This document shows positions 44,665 through 58,400 of a DNA stretch of 64,000 nt, piece by piece. The translations under genes were made by a program, and so were the position numbers. The stretch lies in NCBI RefSeq assembly GCF_964204645.1, contig NC_134033.1:16252655-16316654 (forward strand). The letters run 5' to 3'. The notes under the pieces are model-generated. The model saw only the letters and a list, made by a program, of their open reading frames with translations. It had not been told where the DNA came from and searched no databases. Position 1 is the stretch's first letter; every line of letters starts with the position of its first letter. This DNA is from Tubulanus polymorphus. Its lineage: Eukaryota > Animalia > Nemertea.

Positions 44665-47600
44665 ATGTTTTCTGGTTTAAAGAAAGTTCTGAAGAATGTC
44701 AGCTCATCAGGGAGTTACGCGGGGCTGAGTTTGATGATTTTTCAACATAAATTAGTTATCGATAATTTAGAAAAACTGGGTTCACTGCAGAAAGAAGGTA
44801 AAAACCTAGAAAATCATGTCAAATTCAATTAAGAATTTATTACGTATTCCATCATTGGAAACTATACTTGATTCAAATTTTTCTAAAATCTGATTTTGAA
44901 TACGGACCAGAGTCGAATTGATTGAAATTGGGAATCTGAGCCCAAAATTTTACTTAATTTTGCCTCTGAGACTGAGTTAAAAACTACTTTTTACGATAGT
45001 CTTAAAAAAGAATGTCCTATCATTTTATGTCATCAGATTCAGGAACTGTAGGCCACAGGCCTTTCACTTGATCGAATCGCTTCTATTAGATTTGCAAATA
45101 TTTTCATAATATATTTCTTTGCAAAAATTAGCGGATGGGTGGAGCGAGGTGGCAATGTCAAATTTCAAACTTTTGTATCTGTATCTGTATCTATATAGCA
45201 GAAGTTGCAAGTTGATTTTCCTGCTCTTGTTTGTAGCAATTGAAAGCGAAATAAAATGGGCAATTACGGAAGAAAATATCGTCTTACGAGAACTGATTCT
45301 GAAACTAAACGAAATGAATCTAATGGTGATGAATATCTGGCAGGAATACGTGTCACAGGTTCGATTCGACTTGGCCGCTCTTAACATCGCTTAAGCACTT
45401 AATCATTTCTAAAACAGGGGCTCATACCAGGGCCCAGTTTCACAATGGGTTTAACTCCTAAATCGATTTAATTTCTACATTAATTCAGTTTATCGTAAAA
45501 ACGATTTAGGCCTTAATCCTTTTCGTGAAACTGGGTCCAGAGTTGTAGGTAGTGTAAAAACGATAATCCGTTTATCCAGTGTCCATAATATAATGTATAA
45601 TAACATATATTATAGATACTGGATTAACAGATTATCGGTTTTACATTACCTACAACTCTGATACGAGTCCCTGCGATTTTTAACGGTGCATCATGAATAC
45701 ATATATGTAAAATCATCCAAAATTGAAACAAGACCGTGTTTTCTCAATTGCAAATGATATCATTTATGTCTTTTAATTTTATTTTCTCTGAAATAGATAA
45801 GATAGGCCTATATAGAGCAAACAGCAGTTTAGGTGTACAACGTCATGTACCAACGAGCTAATTCTTTAATAACACGAGTGGAAAGGTGACCTAAACTGCA
45901 GTTAGACACCCAAAGAATAATTTGAACTTTTAATTAACTCTCTCAATCATGAAAAATTAACCTCCGAAATATTTCTTGATTGAGAGAGTTAATAAAAAGT
46001 TCAAATTATTCTTTGGGTGTCTAAGTGCAGTTTAGGTCACCTCTTCACTCGTCTTATTAAAGAATTAGCTCGTTGGTACATGATGTGGGAAACCTTAACT
46101 GCAGTTAGACACCCAAAGAATAATTTGAACTTTTAATTAACTCTCTCAATGATGATTGAGTGTTTATTGATATACGTCGTTCCTTCTTGTTTCTCGTTTC
46201 AGTATAAAATCTACCGAAGCGTCTTTCAATCGATTCACGAACGAAGAGGAAAATTAAACGAGTCTCGAAAACAACTCGGACTCGGCGAAATACGTAAAGA
46301 GAAAGCTCGAAAACATGTTAGTGAAAATTAACCCTTTAAACAGCGGCCGGGACAGTTTCACTAAAACAACTCAAAGTTCTGTACAGAACACATTTTTAAG
46401 AAGTGACCAATCATAGGAGTCTATTTGATAAAGCTTAATGAAGAAAAATCGATTTGAGTTCAGCTTTTTTTAAAACTCGCTCCAACTGAGGGTCTCTATT
46501 TCTTAGATTTGCTTAATTAGTACAACGATTGGTTTCAATTTTGGTTTTAGTTGGAAAATATTTCAAAGAAAAACGACGTGCAGAAAACTGAAAATGCAAA
46601 ACAAGAGCTAAATACGGTAATTTGAGATACTCTTCGAATTAGGTAGAATGCTTACTGTAGATCTCAGTTTTGATATTTCGATATTTTCTCTCTTCTTACC
46701 CCAACCCCCAGGTCACCGATCAACATAAACGGATTAAGACTCAAGTGAAAATGGAACAGGACGAACTTGAAAAATTCACGGTGAGTTAATTGAAAAACTT
46801 TTGAAGGCATCCATCTCTGATCTGTGTACGTTAGAATTTTGATTGAAAAACTTGTAAAGCAGAACTAATTTGTTCTATTTCTACCTCTAGATTTCGTGAA
46901 GTTCCCATTTTGAATTCATGGTAAAATTAACTGATATTTTTGTTGTTTCATTGATGGTGTTAAATGTTAGACAGTGTTTTTAATAGTTTTAGCTTTAGAT
47001 ATTTTATTCTACGCCAAGCTATTTTGAATCCCATTCTGTTTTGTTTTTAGATTTGCATTGTTTTTTTCTTGTGTCGCATAAATCCTAGAAATGCTATTTC
47101 CTATTTTGCCAGATAACAGATTTTGAGCCAAAAACTTCTGATTAAGTGTTTTTGTGAATTTGGTGAATTGATGAGTCACAAATAGTCTCAGTGATCAAGG
47201 CTGTAATTAGCAGGGGGGGGCAAATTTTGAAAAACTTTTGCAAATATTATATTTCTGTTACGTATTTTGTATTTCTGATAGGCATACAAAATATTTGGTA
47301 CGTAGAAATACGTCTAAATGTAGAATGTATGTATTTCTGATGATGTACCTGGTATTTGTCCGATGAAGTATTTGTCTGATGATGTATTTGTCTGATGACG
47401 TATTTGTCCGATGACGTATTTGTCTGATTACGAATGTTGTAATGTATTTGACTGTTTACAGGTATTAAATGTACGCGATGCGTTGATGAACTGGTCGTCT
47501 GCTTGTCACGCGTTCCACAAAAAGTCGTCGTGCGCGAATCGAACCCGAGTTCAAATAGTCGAATGTTTTCTGCCTGGACTGAAAAGCGTAGAAGACCCGG

Positions 47601-50600
47601 TCAATATAACGATAGGTATAACCAAACAACGCGTCGTTAAGATTTGATTAAATCCCGCACTAAAAAATGAAAAGAGCCCGAGTTTCCTTGATTTCCTTTA
47701 AGGCAAAAAAAATTGACACCTTGTTTCTCTGCTCTGCTGAGCTTAAATGTTGACCCGGCCGGCCGCCTATCTACCCTGAACATTACTTCTTTTTAAATCG
47801 TGATTTATTTTACCAAAACAGACCCGGCCGCTATAGAAATGAACTGATTACAAATTTCATTACATTTTACAAAAATGACCCGGCCGCTGCGGAGAAACAA
47901 GGTATCATTTTTGTTTAGTCATGTTAGGCTAAACGAAACTAATGTTTTGAGTTTATCGGAATAATCATCTTAAGTAAAACTAGTGTAAGGAGATGTGACA
48001 CTAATATTCCCATAGATGACTACAGACATACCGGTAGTCGAAATGTAGAATAAACTTCTCTAGCTCAAGAAAACATTTCGGACTCCTTCTTTTTCTTAGT
48101 GTACAGGGATTTTATATCCCTGTTGATACCTAGATTCTCAGTGCCCGCTAAACTAATCCAATTCATCGGTTCTTTGACATTCGAATTCATCTACTTCAGG
48201 AATACTAGCTTTATGATAACAAAATTATAAGAAAGATCCAAATCAATTAATTCCTTTTCAGCTCAAGTGAACAGCGCGTTAGCCATACGTAAACTATCGG
48301 ATAAACTCAAAGTACCGATGGTGCTCACCCCGAAAGACAAGGACGCCGGGGCATCGTTTCAGGTGATTATATCCACCTTAATTCTTCACACTATTCGTCA
48401 GGTTTTCCGCTGATGCTCGGACGTGAAACAAAGAAACAATTTCATGAATTTGATGTTTCCTTTCGCAGGCGTTTCAGTATATTTCCGGTAAAGAATTAGC
48501 TTTGGTCGAATTTTCGCACGAAAATCGAAACGCTAAGAGTAAGTTCTGATGGTTTTTCATTCGTGTTCTCTGTTTTAATTTGATTCCCGAAGGCAAAGTT
48601 CGTTCAGTCAGTTAACTCTAGACTCTGCTGTACTTTTTGATACAAGAAAGTCAAGAGTTAACCAGTTGATAGCTTCAAGACATAAATGACAATTGAAAAT
48701 CCAGGTCTGGGGCTGCAGTTGCTCAGAAGATGGTTAGAGTTAACAAGTGTGGATAGTTGACATAGTGACAATTGAAATTTCATTGTTATCATTGCATTTT
48801 TCCACATTTATCTTTAACCAACTTTTTAACATGTGACCCCAGGATCCAGTTCCACAGTTGTGAGTTCAATTTACAAGTGACCCCAGGATCCAGTTTCACA
48901 GTTGTGAGTTCAATTTGACTGTAGAGTTAAACATTGTTTAACATTGAAAAAGAACTAATTTTAACCCTGAGTTAACTCTATAACTCACAACTGTGGAACT
49001 GGGTTCTGATTAGTGTTCGCTCATTTTCAACCTTTAAGTCAAATTCTAACCGATATCCGTTGATCCGGTTCATCTGACCGTTTGAGTTCCAATTTAAAAT
49101 TCAACAGTCGAAATGTTTTTTTTTTTTTTTTAAATTTTCACTAGGTAGATCAGTGAGCGTAGGGGTCGCCGAGGAACACAATCACCGGCGTCAAATATCG
49201 TTGCCGTCGGATACGAAACAACAATCGAATACGTTGGATAATAATAATCACCGTTCGAAGCCGTTACCTCTTCCTCGTCCGGCGTGGTCGATGGAAAACC
49301 TGGCGGCGCCACCGTCGTCGTCGGCGGTCGCTGATCGGTTTCTAAAACAACGTCGCAGCGGCAGCAATGATAATTCACTACCGACTCGATTTACCGACAG
49401 TCACTACCGCGCGAGGTCTTCATCTTACGGAGCAACACAATTCAACGATAATAATCTGAACAAGGTATGAAATACATCGCGAAATATGGCTGCCTACATC
49501 AACTCCCCCTATGACATCATCAAATTATCTGTTACAGCAAATATGGCTGCCTCCATTATTCCCCCTATGACATCATCAAATTATCCGTTACAGCAAATAT
49601 GGCTGCCTCCATTTATCCCCCTATGACATCATCAAATTATCCGTTACAGCAAATATGGCTGCCTCCATTAATCCCCCTATGACATCATCAAATTATCCGT
49701 TACAGCAAATATGGCTGCCTCCATTTATCCCCCTATGACATCATCAAATTATCCGTTACAGCAAATATGGCTGCCTCCATTAATCCCCCTATGACATATA
49801 TTACTAGTATTAGAACTGCGTTTATTTGCAGCCAAAATCATCTGGGCTGAAAATCAGCTCGCACGCTCGGTCGATGGAGAATCTAGAACGAGGCTCATCA
49901 AGCGTCTGCTCCGATGAAGATGTCAGCAGCGTTCATGATTATTTACCGATTTTACCGGAACTTCCGAAAAAAACAGGTAAACAACACGTTCCCGCTGCGG
50001 GCAGACGTATTACGACTAGCGGGGCTGGATGAAAGGGATATAACAGTAAATCTCGCCTAACACGGATGAACTTGGACCGGTAAAATCAATCCGGGCTAAG
50101 CTTAGTCCAAGTTTAGAATAGGAAAATATGTTAGGAAGTTAGAAAACTGATTTTGTTTTTGTCAGACTTAGTCAAAAAGTCAAGAGTTGGCCATATCTGA
50201 GTTAGGCTAGGTTTTGTAGGTACACCGAGGGGAACAGTTCACTGTGTCTGAGGGGGAACACTCCACTTGTGTCTGTTTCATTCTAGAAATCCCTTTCTTT
50301 TTCTATAAACTCCGGGCTAGATTCACCCCTGGCAGGTGAGTATATCGTTGATTTTATTTTCAGTCCGTACGAATAGTTGGACGGTCGTTTACGGAGACGA
50401 CACTCCAGCGGTTCCTCCGACGCCTCCACCTCGGTTCCCTCCTCCGAGGTGTCCGGTATCTAGTCCGCGATCTCGTATGACTCGGTCAACCGGTGACCTC
50501 ATCGGTAAGCGGCGCCATCTATATTTCACTCGGCACTGAAAACAAGTTTTTAACTTGGAATGAAATAATTTATTATGGCGCAGTTGGAGTAAAACTGTCG

Positions 50601-50947
50601 ACTTGTGAAACTAAATATTCATTAGTGAATAAAACATATTAAATATGGTTATTATTTCAGATGAATTGAATGCTGATGATAATAACAGAAATCAGTCGAC
50701 GACTGATCGGTCGACGCCGTCTTCATCAGAGCTGAGTTTTAACTTCGAAAATGTCGAACGGCGCCGCGCGCAGTCGACCAGCGACCTGCTCGGCGGGAAC
50801 AGCATGGACCGGTCTCAGTCGACCAGCGACCTGCTCGGCGGGGACAGCGTGGACCGGTCTCAGTCGACCAGCGACCCGCTCAGAGACAGCGATGGTTTCA
50901 GTTTGTCGTACGAACGAATTTGGAAAACCGGTCTAGGTTCGTGTTGA
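44665..50947 (+). CDS. Uncharacterised protein: N-terminal Pil1/Lsp1- or FAM92-like BAR domain plus disordered Ser/Arg/Pro-rich tail; 12 coding exons
   Basis: In-phase GT-AG exons 44665-44797, 45237-45358, 46203-46316, 46551-46616, 46712-46780, 47462-47615, 48262-48362, 48469-48538, 49145-49464, 49832-49976, 50364-50504, 50661-50947. First ~205 aa helical/coiled-coil. Gene model is more secure than the domain call. Confidence 0.75.
45843..46083. repeat. Long inverted repeat (~107-bp arms, ~27-nt loop) plus partial third copy to ~46149
   Basis: tcatgtaccaacgagctaattctttaataa...ctctctcaatca / tgattgagagag...ttattaaagaattagctcgttggtacatga. Confidence 0.9.
49483..49797. repeat. ~57-bp tandem repeat (aatatggctgcctccatt.atccccctatgacatcatcaaattatccgttacagca)
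   Basis: About 5.5 units; relatives at 16020-16255 and, inverted, at 40400-40720. Confidence 0.92.
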
Positions 50948-52489
50948 ATAGATTCTGTGAGAGAGTGTATTAGAAATTGAATCTTAACCTTACCCCAGTT
51001 GCACAGTGATTGTGACTTACGGCAGTTGCACAGTCATTGTGACTTACGTAGAAATGTGGTCTTCAATCATAGAACTGGTATTAAGTTATAAGATTGGCTA
51101 TGGAACTAAAATTAACTTAGACTGGTCTTAAGTTGTTCGATTGGCTATACATGTAAGAACCAAAATGAGCTTAGGCAGTCTTAAATCTAAGACTAGTTTT
51201 AGGGGGTTCTAGAGGCAACCATTACTTCAGATGAGGTTTTTAGACAATTTCATGATGTCATAGGGTGATTAAATGGCTGAATCCAAATCTGTAAAGGTTG
51301 ATTGAGGTTAATTATGATGATGTCATAGGTGGATATGGTGTTGGTCGTATTTTAAGTCGCTTGTAATGTAAACCTGTATTTTGTCAGAACAAATCTACCT
51401 CATCATAGCAGATTATTTTATTTAAAAAGGGTGACTTCATTTGGTATACTGTATCATTATTTCTGAGTCATTGTATCAATATTTAAACCTTTCACTGCTG
51501 ACTAATGTATACCTGAATATGCTGTAAATATTTTAAAAATTTTTCCACCCCATACCGCCATACCAACATAATGCGTCTACACTGTGGTGCCGTGTATCGT
51601 TAGTTTGCTAATGTTTGACTGTGCTGCCATCTTTCAATAGAGATCAAAACCAATTACTTATTACATCAATGCACCGCAGTGCGGTGTACTAACAATGTCC
51701 ATGACCAATGTATACACCGCACCGTGGTGTAGATTCACTGAAAGGGTTAAGGGTGACTTCATGTGATGTAATATATCACTACTTCTGAGTCATTGTGTGA
51801 ATATTTAAAAATGACATATCATTATTTATTTCTAAGTCATCCTGTCAATATTCACGACTTTATGTGGTATAGTATACCATTATCTAAGAGTCATTGTATC
51901 GATATTCAAGGTATCAATATTATGATTTAAACCCTATTCGCGTATGAAATTGTTTTATGTTTTTTCTTAATATCTTTGCTTAAAAATTATGCGTTTTATT
52001 TCATGTTAAGTTTTGTGATATTCGAAAATGATTTTGATTCAATTTTTGAAAGTATATCTTATATCGGTATTCTGTCCATAGATTGTGCAATTCCGTCCTA
52101 ATTCGTTTTTATTTAGTAACCATTTCAAAATGATTTAGCCATTGATTTAATAAATTATTGTATATTGAATCTATTCGTCTGTTACGTTGTCTTGGAGCGA
52201 CATTATTAGAATATTTGAAATTATGACATCTTGAATGAAGAACGTTTCAATTTGTATGTATATGAAACTGACTCGGCACAAAATATCGAATTATATTTTT
52301 ACATTTCGTTTAAATCTCGTTAATCATTAATTCGGTTTCGTAGATTATTGAATTTCTTTTTACGGGCGCCGTGTAGTCCGAGTCAGTCTCATCCAGCTCT
52401 ATCCATATTCACTGGGAAACGCCCAACATTAATTGGATTAAAATCTATTCGCTGTAGTTAGAGTTAAACTGATCGAGGAGAATGTCAAC

Positions 52490-55400
52490 ATGACGCGCAG
52501 TCTCTTAACGTTATTACTCATTCTACTAATGAAACTGTCGTCGGTTCAGACGACTGATCGGATCTCTACCGATCAACCGTCTGTAACTGTCAGTTCACGG
52601 TGTAACAATACGTGGTTTTCACTCGATTCTACGTCCGGTTACATCGTTTCACCGAATTATCCGTCGTTTACGCGCGGTGTTGAATGTTATTGGTTCGTCA
52701 ACAGCTCTTTACCGGGTACCTTTCGCGTCCAAGTTTACTACGACATCGAGCCGTCTATATTCTGTAGAGATAACTATCTTCACATCAGCGATTCTGATAA
52801 CTTACTGTGCGGTGCTGGAAAACGATTAGATATTTACCGCAGTAATTCATTATCGTTGATGTTTAAGAGTGATGTAAATGATGTTGCGAAAGGAAGTCGA
52901 GTTTATGTATTTTATCGTTTGGAGGAAAAACATCTGAAAACTGTTCACGACTGTTCCTCAAAATATATAAAACAATTACAAACAACTTTTGAAACTGGTT
53001 ACAAATTCACCATCCACATGAACAATTGTCGCCTCTTCCGGCTGGAGTGGTCCGGGATACCAAAGGGTTTCGGTATGAATTTGACTTTTGAGAAAATAGA
53101 TTTCAGATTACGACAACCAGGTTTTCATGTGACCGTTCAGATTTATGACGGATGGAACTCAAGTGAACCTATAATGAATATACGGGAACAAACCGGACAT
53201 CCGCCCATCTCTATTTACACTAAAACTAACAAAGCTATCGTCACTTTTTCAATAAAACAGGTCCGAGTGACTCTCAAAACTAATCTATTCGTTAAAATGT
53301 ATAGAATATCTGATTGGAATATTTCTAATCCATCGATTCCGATCTATAGAAACAAATCCGGAGTGCTCATTCCTGGTGATAGGCCGCACGTAATAACTCA
53401 GTCTAAACGCTTATACTGCTGGTCTATCACAGCTGAAATACTGCAGTACGTCGTCTTCAACTGGTCACGTGATCTCGTCACTTCCGGTGACGTCATCGGT
53501 GTTTATAAACTGGAAGGTTTAACGGTTGTCGGAACTGATATTTTACTCGGTAAAAACTACCTGGAATCTTTAAGTGTAAAATCTGACGGATTTCTCGTGA
53601 TATTGTGTTTACTGTTATCAGAGAATTTTGTCGGGAAATCGTTTAGAAATTCAACATTGATCGACTACAAAATAGAATCATTGAAAGAAACAGACGTCAC
53701 AGTGGAAAATAAAAAAGTGAGTAAAACAGCACGAAAATATGTCGACAGTTTTTTGTGTGTTTTTTTCTCAATGACAATGACGAAATGTTTAAAACTTTTA
53801 AATTTGACTCGAGCTACCAACTTTCTTTCGAACATAATTCGTTTAGAATGGTCAAGTGGCAATATTTTGCTGTAGAATGGTAAATATAAATAAGGCATGT
53901 AATATTTCATTGGATGCTGATGATCTACTTCATGTTTGCATCTTTTGTAGGTACCACACCATCATAGAGTGTCACATTCTAATCTGTTCCCCAGATATTC
54001 CAAACGGAAGTTACAATATCGTATCAGCAGATTTGCACTCAGTTCGAAAGTCGACATCTATGAGTATGGATTGAAACTAACAGTTTTATCAGAGAATTGT
54101 GAGAGAGCTGGATTTTATATATATGATGGTGGTAATTTTACAGCTAGACGCTATGGTCCGTATTGTACTGCTGGTCTTGGAAACTATGATGGTCGATCTG
54201 TTGTCAGTCTGATTACATCAGGAGGACCGGTAACTGTAGTAACATACGCTTACAACTGGCATGATATACTAGTTACTGGTTATCTCAAGTTAGTTCCTAC
54301 CGACTGTGACGGATATGTTCTACGGGAGGGAGAACGCCAGATCACTATGACGTCACATTGTCTCGTGATTACACCTGAAAATCGACGCCAACCGATAGAA
54401 AACATAGATGTATTATCAGAACACGAATATCAAATTGACAGATGTTATCGTAAAGCTAGGAATCCCTGTTCAGCGTTAAGTCTCAATAGTCACGTGTTTA
54501 ATACCAGTCTCGTATTAAACCATGTGAAATTATTAAACACTAAATATGAATTCTGGAGGACACCACTAATGATTGTATTACGACGTAATTGTCAGAAATT
54601 AAAACGAAGTCAATTGATTCCACGTTTTATAGGAGGGAACACGAGAAATAAAATTCATTGTGGACTCGTGCAGTCACCGGACTTCCCTGGATTAACTACC
54701 GATACTGCAAAATCATTCTATGTTTTTTCTTTTTCTACCGACATAAATATAAATTATTACATCAGATTCCTGTTTAAATTTATCGGACAAACATCATGCT
54801 CTAAATCTACTCATTACCGCATCAGGGAATCAATATTACTGACACAAATTATCAAAATATTTGACGATCCAAACGATTTATTTTCCGGGTTTACAGAAAC
54901 CCGTCATATAACAAAAATATGTGAAAATAACGCAGTAACAGGACTTGTATTGTACAGTCTACTCGGGTATGACATAAGTTTTTCGACTGAGGGGTACATA
55001 CCAATATTTCAAATTCAATACACTTTAGAACAATCTCCTTTATTGAAACATCGAATTAATGGCTGCCGATCAGATTTTCTAGATCCTGGTGTTTCGTGTA
55101 TTAGACACATCAAACATGAACGTCTGAATTGGGAGAACGCTGAAATTTACTGTCAACAGAAATATGGAGGACATCTTCTCAGTATCAACTCTCAACGCGA
55201 AATGATGGCCGTGAAAAAGCTGTTCGCTACAAAACTGCTTCATGAGGCTTATTCACAGGCGGGACTTATTGTGATGATTGGATTGAAATGGCAGGTAAAT
55301 ACAATCTATTGTATAGATTTGACAATTACGTAAGGTATATGTGTTTGTGTAATTTTTCCAAATACAATTAGAGCTAAGTCAAATTTCAGAAAGAATGTTT

Positions 55401-58400
55401 AATAACGTATATAACAGGAAGTGTTTACTTGTTTTTAAAGGAGTCCAGTGGTTATTACTCGTGGTCTGATGGGAAACCGTTGAGTTACACAGAGTGGTTT
55501 AAACCTGCTGATGTTAATGAAACAATACCAGAAGTTATTCTAGGATTGATATCTCCTCAACTAAAACAACCGATAAATGACGTCAATATGCCATGTGCGG
55601 CGATGATACTGAATAATCCACGAGGATCAGCGAACTGGGTTCGATTCCCGTGCCAAATTATACAAACGCATACAACATTCATTTGTGAAACAGAGAGAAA
55701 CGACTTTAATACGTCATCACAAAACGATACAACTGAAATAACACGCAACAACTTTAAACGATTTAACTCCACGTGTTTAAGAGGCTGGATTCATATAGAA
55801 GCGCAATGCTATCAGATACATACAGCCTGGAAAACGCTCCATACTGAAAGTTTAACAATCCAAACAGCGAGAGAAATGTGTCTTACAATCGGCGGAGACT
55901 TAGGTATAATAACATCTAATATTGATATTCAGAATTTGATAAATGTTTTTCACTATCAGCATCAATATGGCGCTATACTGACTAATCATACAAGCGGAAG
56001 AATTGTGGCAATAAAACCAGTTGTAATCAGAGATTGGATAACGTATATTAAAACAGTGAAATGGTCAGTGACTGCATTCGATAATGGGACAGATGTAGCG
56101 CATTCCGTGCTATGTTCCTATGATGTAACTGGTGAAGAGTTAGCTTCTATAAGCGGATGTAAATCGTGGCAGTTTCAATGTAACGATCAAAGATGTATCA
56201 GCGACCATCGTGTATGTGATACTAGAAACGACTGTCAACACGGTGAAGATGAACTCGATTGTTCGGGTTCAAACTTAGACAGTCAGTTCCAGTGTTCGGA
56301 TGGACGAGTTATATCAGTGAGTACTGTGTGTGATTTTGTACGAGATTGCGCTGACGGATCAGATGAGAACTCGTGCTATCATACTTTATGTTCCTCAGAA
56401 CAGTTTAAGTGTAAAAACGGACAATGTGTGGGTAAATATAAACGATGTGATGGACTGGTTGATTGTAAAGATAAATCCGATGAGATCGGCTGCTCTTCCG
56501 ACGAATGTAACGGGTTTTTGTGTGTAAATGGTGAATGTATCAGTTCTCTGTTGTATCGGGATGGTGTTGTAGATTGTGGCGGGGACCTCGAAGAAGATGA
56601 AATAGTGCCAACAAACATAACGATTAAACCACAACTTCACTGCACTACAGAGAACTACTGCACGACCAATTTCACTTCACTCTGTACAGAATCGGATAAA
56701 CAAAGATGTTCATTCAATTCTCCTCATTGTTACGCGAGAAGAGATAGATGTATTTTAGAAAGAATGTCGACAGGTTTTCCTGTTTGTAGAAGACTCGAAC
56801 ATTTACTGAATTGTAATGAGTTTGAATGTCCAGCTGGTACAGTGAAATGTCCATCGTCTTACTGTATACCGATTAGACACGTGTGCGATGGTCGATCTGA
56901 TTGTCCTCATTCAGAAGATGAATTCAAATGCGAAACGTTTTCGTGTCCAGGAATGTTTAAATGCGGTGATGAACACAGATGTATTCCTCAGTCGGAAGTT
57001 TGCGATGGCGTCGTTAATTGTAAACACAACTCGGATGACGAGGCTTTCTGCGACGTCACGTGTCCTAACTACTGTAAATGTCAAGGTCGTTTGATTGATT
57101 GTGAAAACGCTTCTTTATCTGATATTTCTAACATTTTTGCCGCGTCGACTCGCGTTCTGATTTTATCGAATAACCGAGTTAGATTTAATGAATCGACATT
57201 TTCTCCATTTTTATACCTTTTTATACTCAATATTTCCCGTAATGATTTATCTGACATTGTCTCCAACGCGTTTTCTAATCTACGCAATCTAAATATATTA
57301 GATCTGTCCTATAATCACCTAGTATCACTACATGCCGATACATTCACTGGTTTAAACAATTTAAAACAACTTTTACTCGCTGGAAATCCGCTGAGATATT
57401 TGGAAGATGGAAGCTTCAACGGTTTGACATCACTTCCGGTTATGGATCTACACGGTCTCTCTATATCGGTTCTTACTCGTAACGTATTCCGAGGTTTACC
57501 AGCGCTGAAATATTTGAATATCAGCAGTAACGCAATCAGATCAATATCCAGATACGCGTTTTCTGGGTTAAGTTCACTGGGAGTTCTAGATTTCTCCAAC
57601 AACTCACGGGTAATTTCTGTGAAAAATAATATCTTCAATAATTTGACGTCTTTATATTTTCTCGCTTCGGACGCGTATAAATTCTGTTGTATGGCGCCGA
57701 ATATTGACCGGTGTCTCCCGGATCCTGATCAATTCTCATCGTGTTCAGACCTCATTGAGAACACTGTCCTCACAGCTGTTATCTGGATCATCGCTTGTTT
57801 TACTTTCGTTTCCAATATTATCGTTATTTTATTTCGTTTTAGGTCGATTCGAATTTCATCGGAAACGCGAAATAAATCGTCAGATATCCTCATCATTAAT
57901 ATCGCGCTTTGTGATTTGCTGATGTCTGTTTATCTGTTTCTGATCGCTGCAACTGATCACGTTTATAAAGGTGTTTATTTTCTGAATTCTGAAACTTGGA
58001 CTCGCAGTTCATTATGCAGCGTTGCCGGAATTGTGGTGACGATATCTTGTGAAGGCTCTTTAACATTTCTCTTTCTCCTCACGCGTTTCAGATATTCGAA
58101 TATCGTCGATCCATTTTCTGGTAACCCGGTTTTATCCTCAAATATCATTATGATTCTGTCTTGTTTATGCTGGATATTTCTGAGTTTAATCGCCTTTCTT
58201 CCGCTGTCTCGGTCCTCATATTTCGGTGATAATTTTTACGGTAGCACAGGTATCTGTTTACCTATGAATTTAATATCTATAGATGTCAATGGTTGGCAAT
58301 ATTCGTTCGCTATATTCGCTGTATTAAACGCGATCATTCTCACTCTGATAATGATGTCGTACGCGCAGATGTACAAGTATGTATCCGGAAGCAGGTCCGG

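Noticed and set aside
52490-55333. Treating ORFs 52490, 53969 and 55429 as three genes or a broken pseudogene
   Set aside because: Canonical phase-0 introns join them, and the C-type lectin domain spans the second junction.
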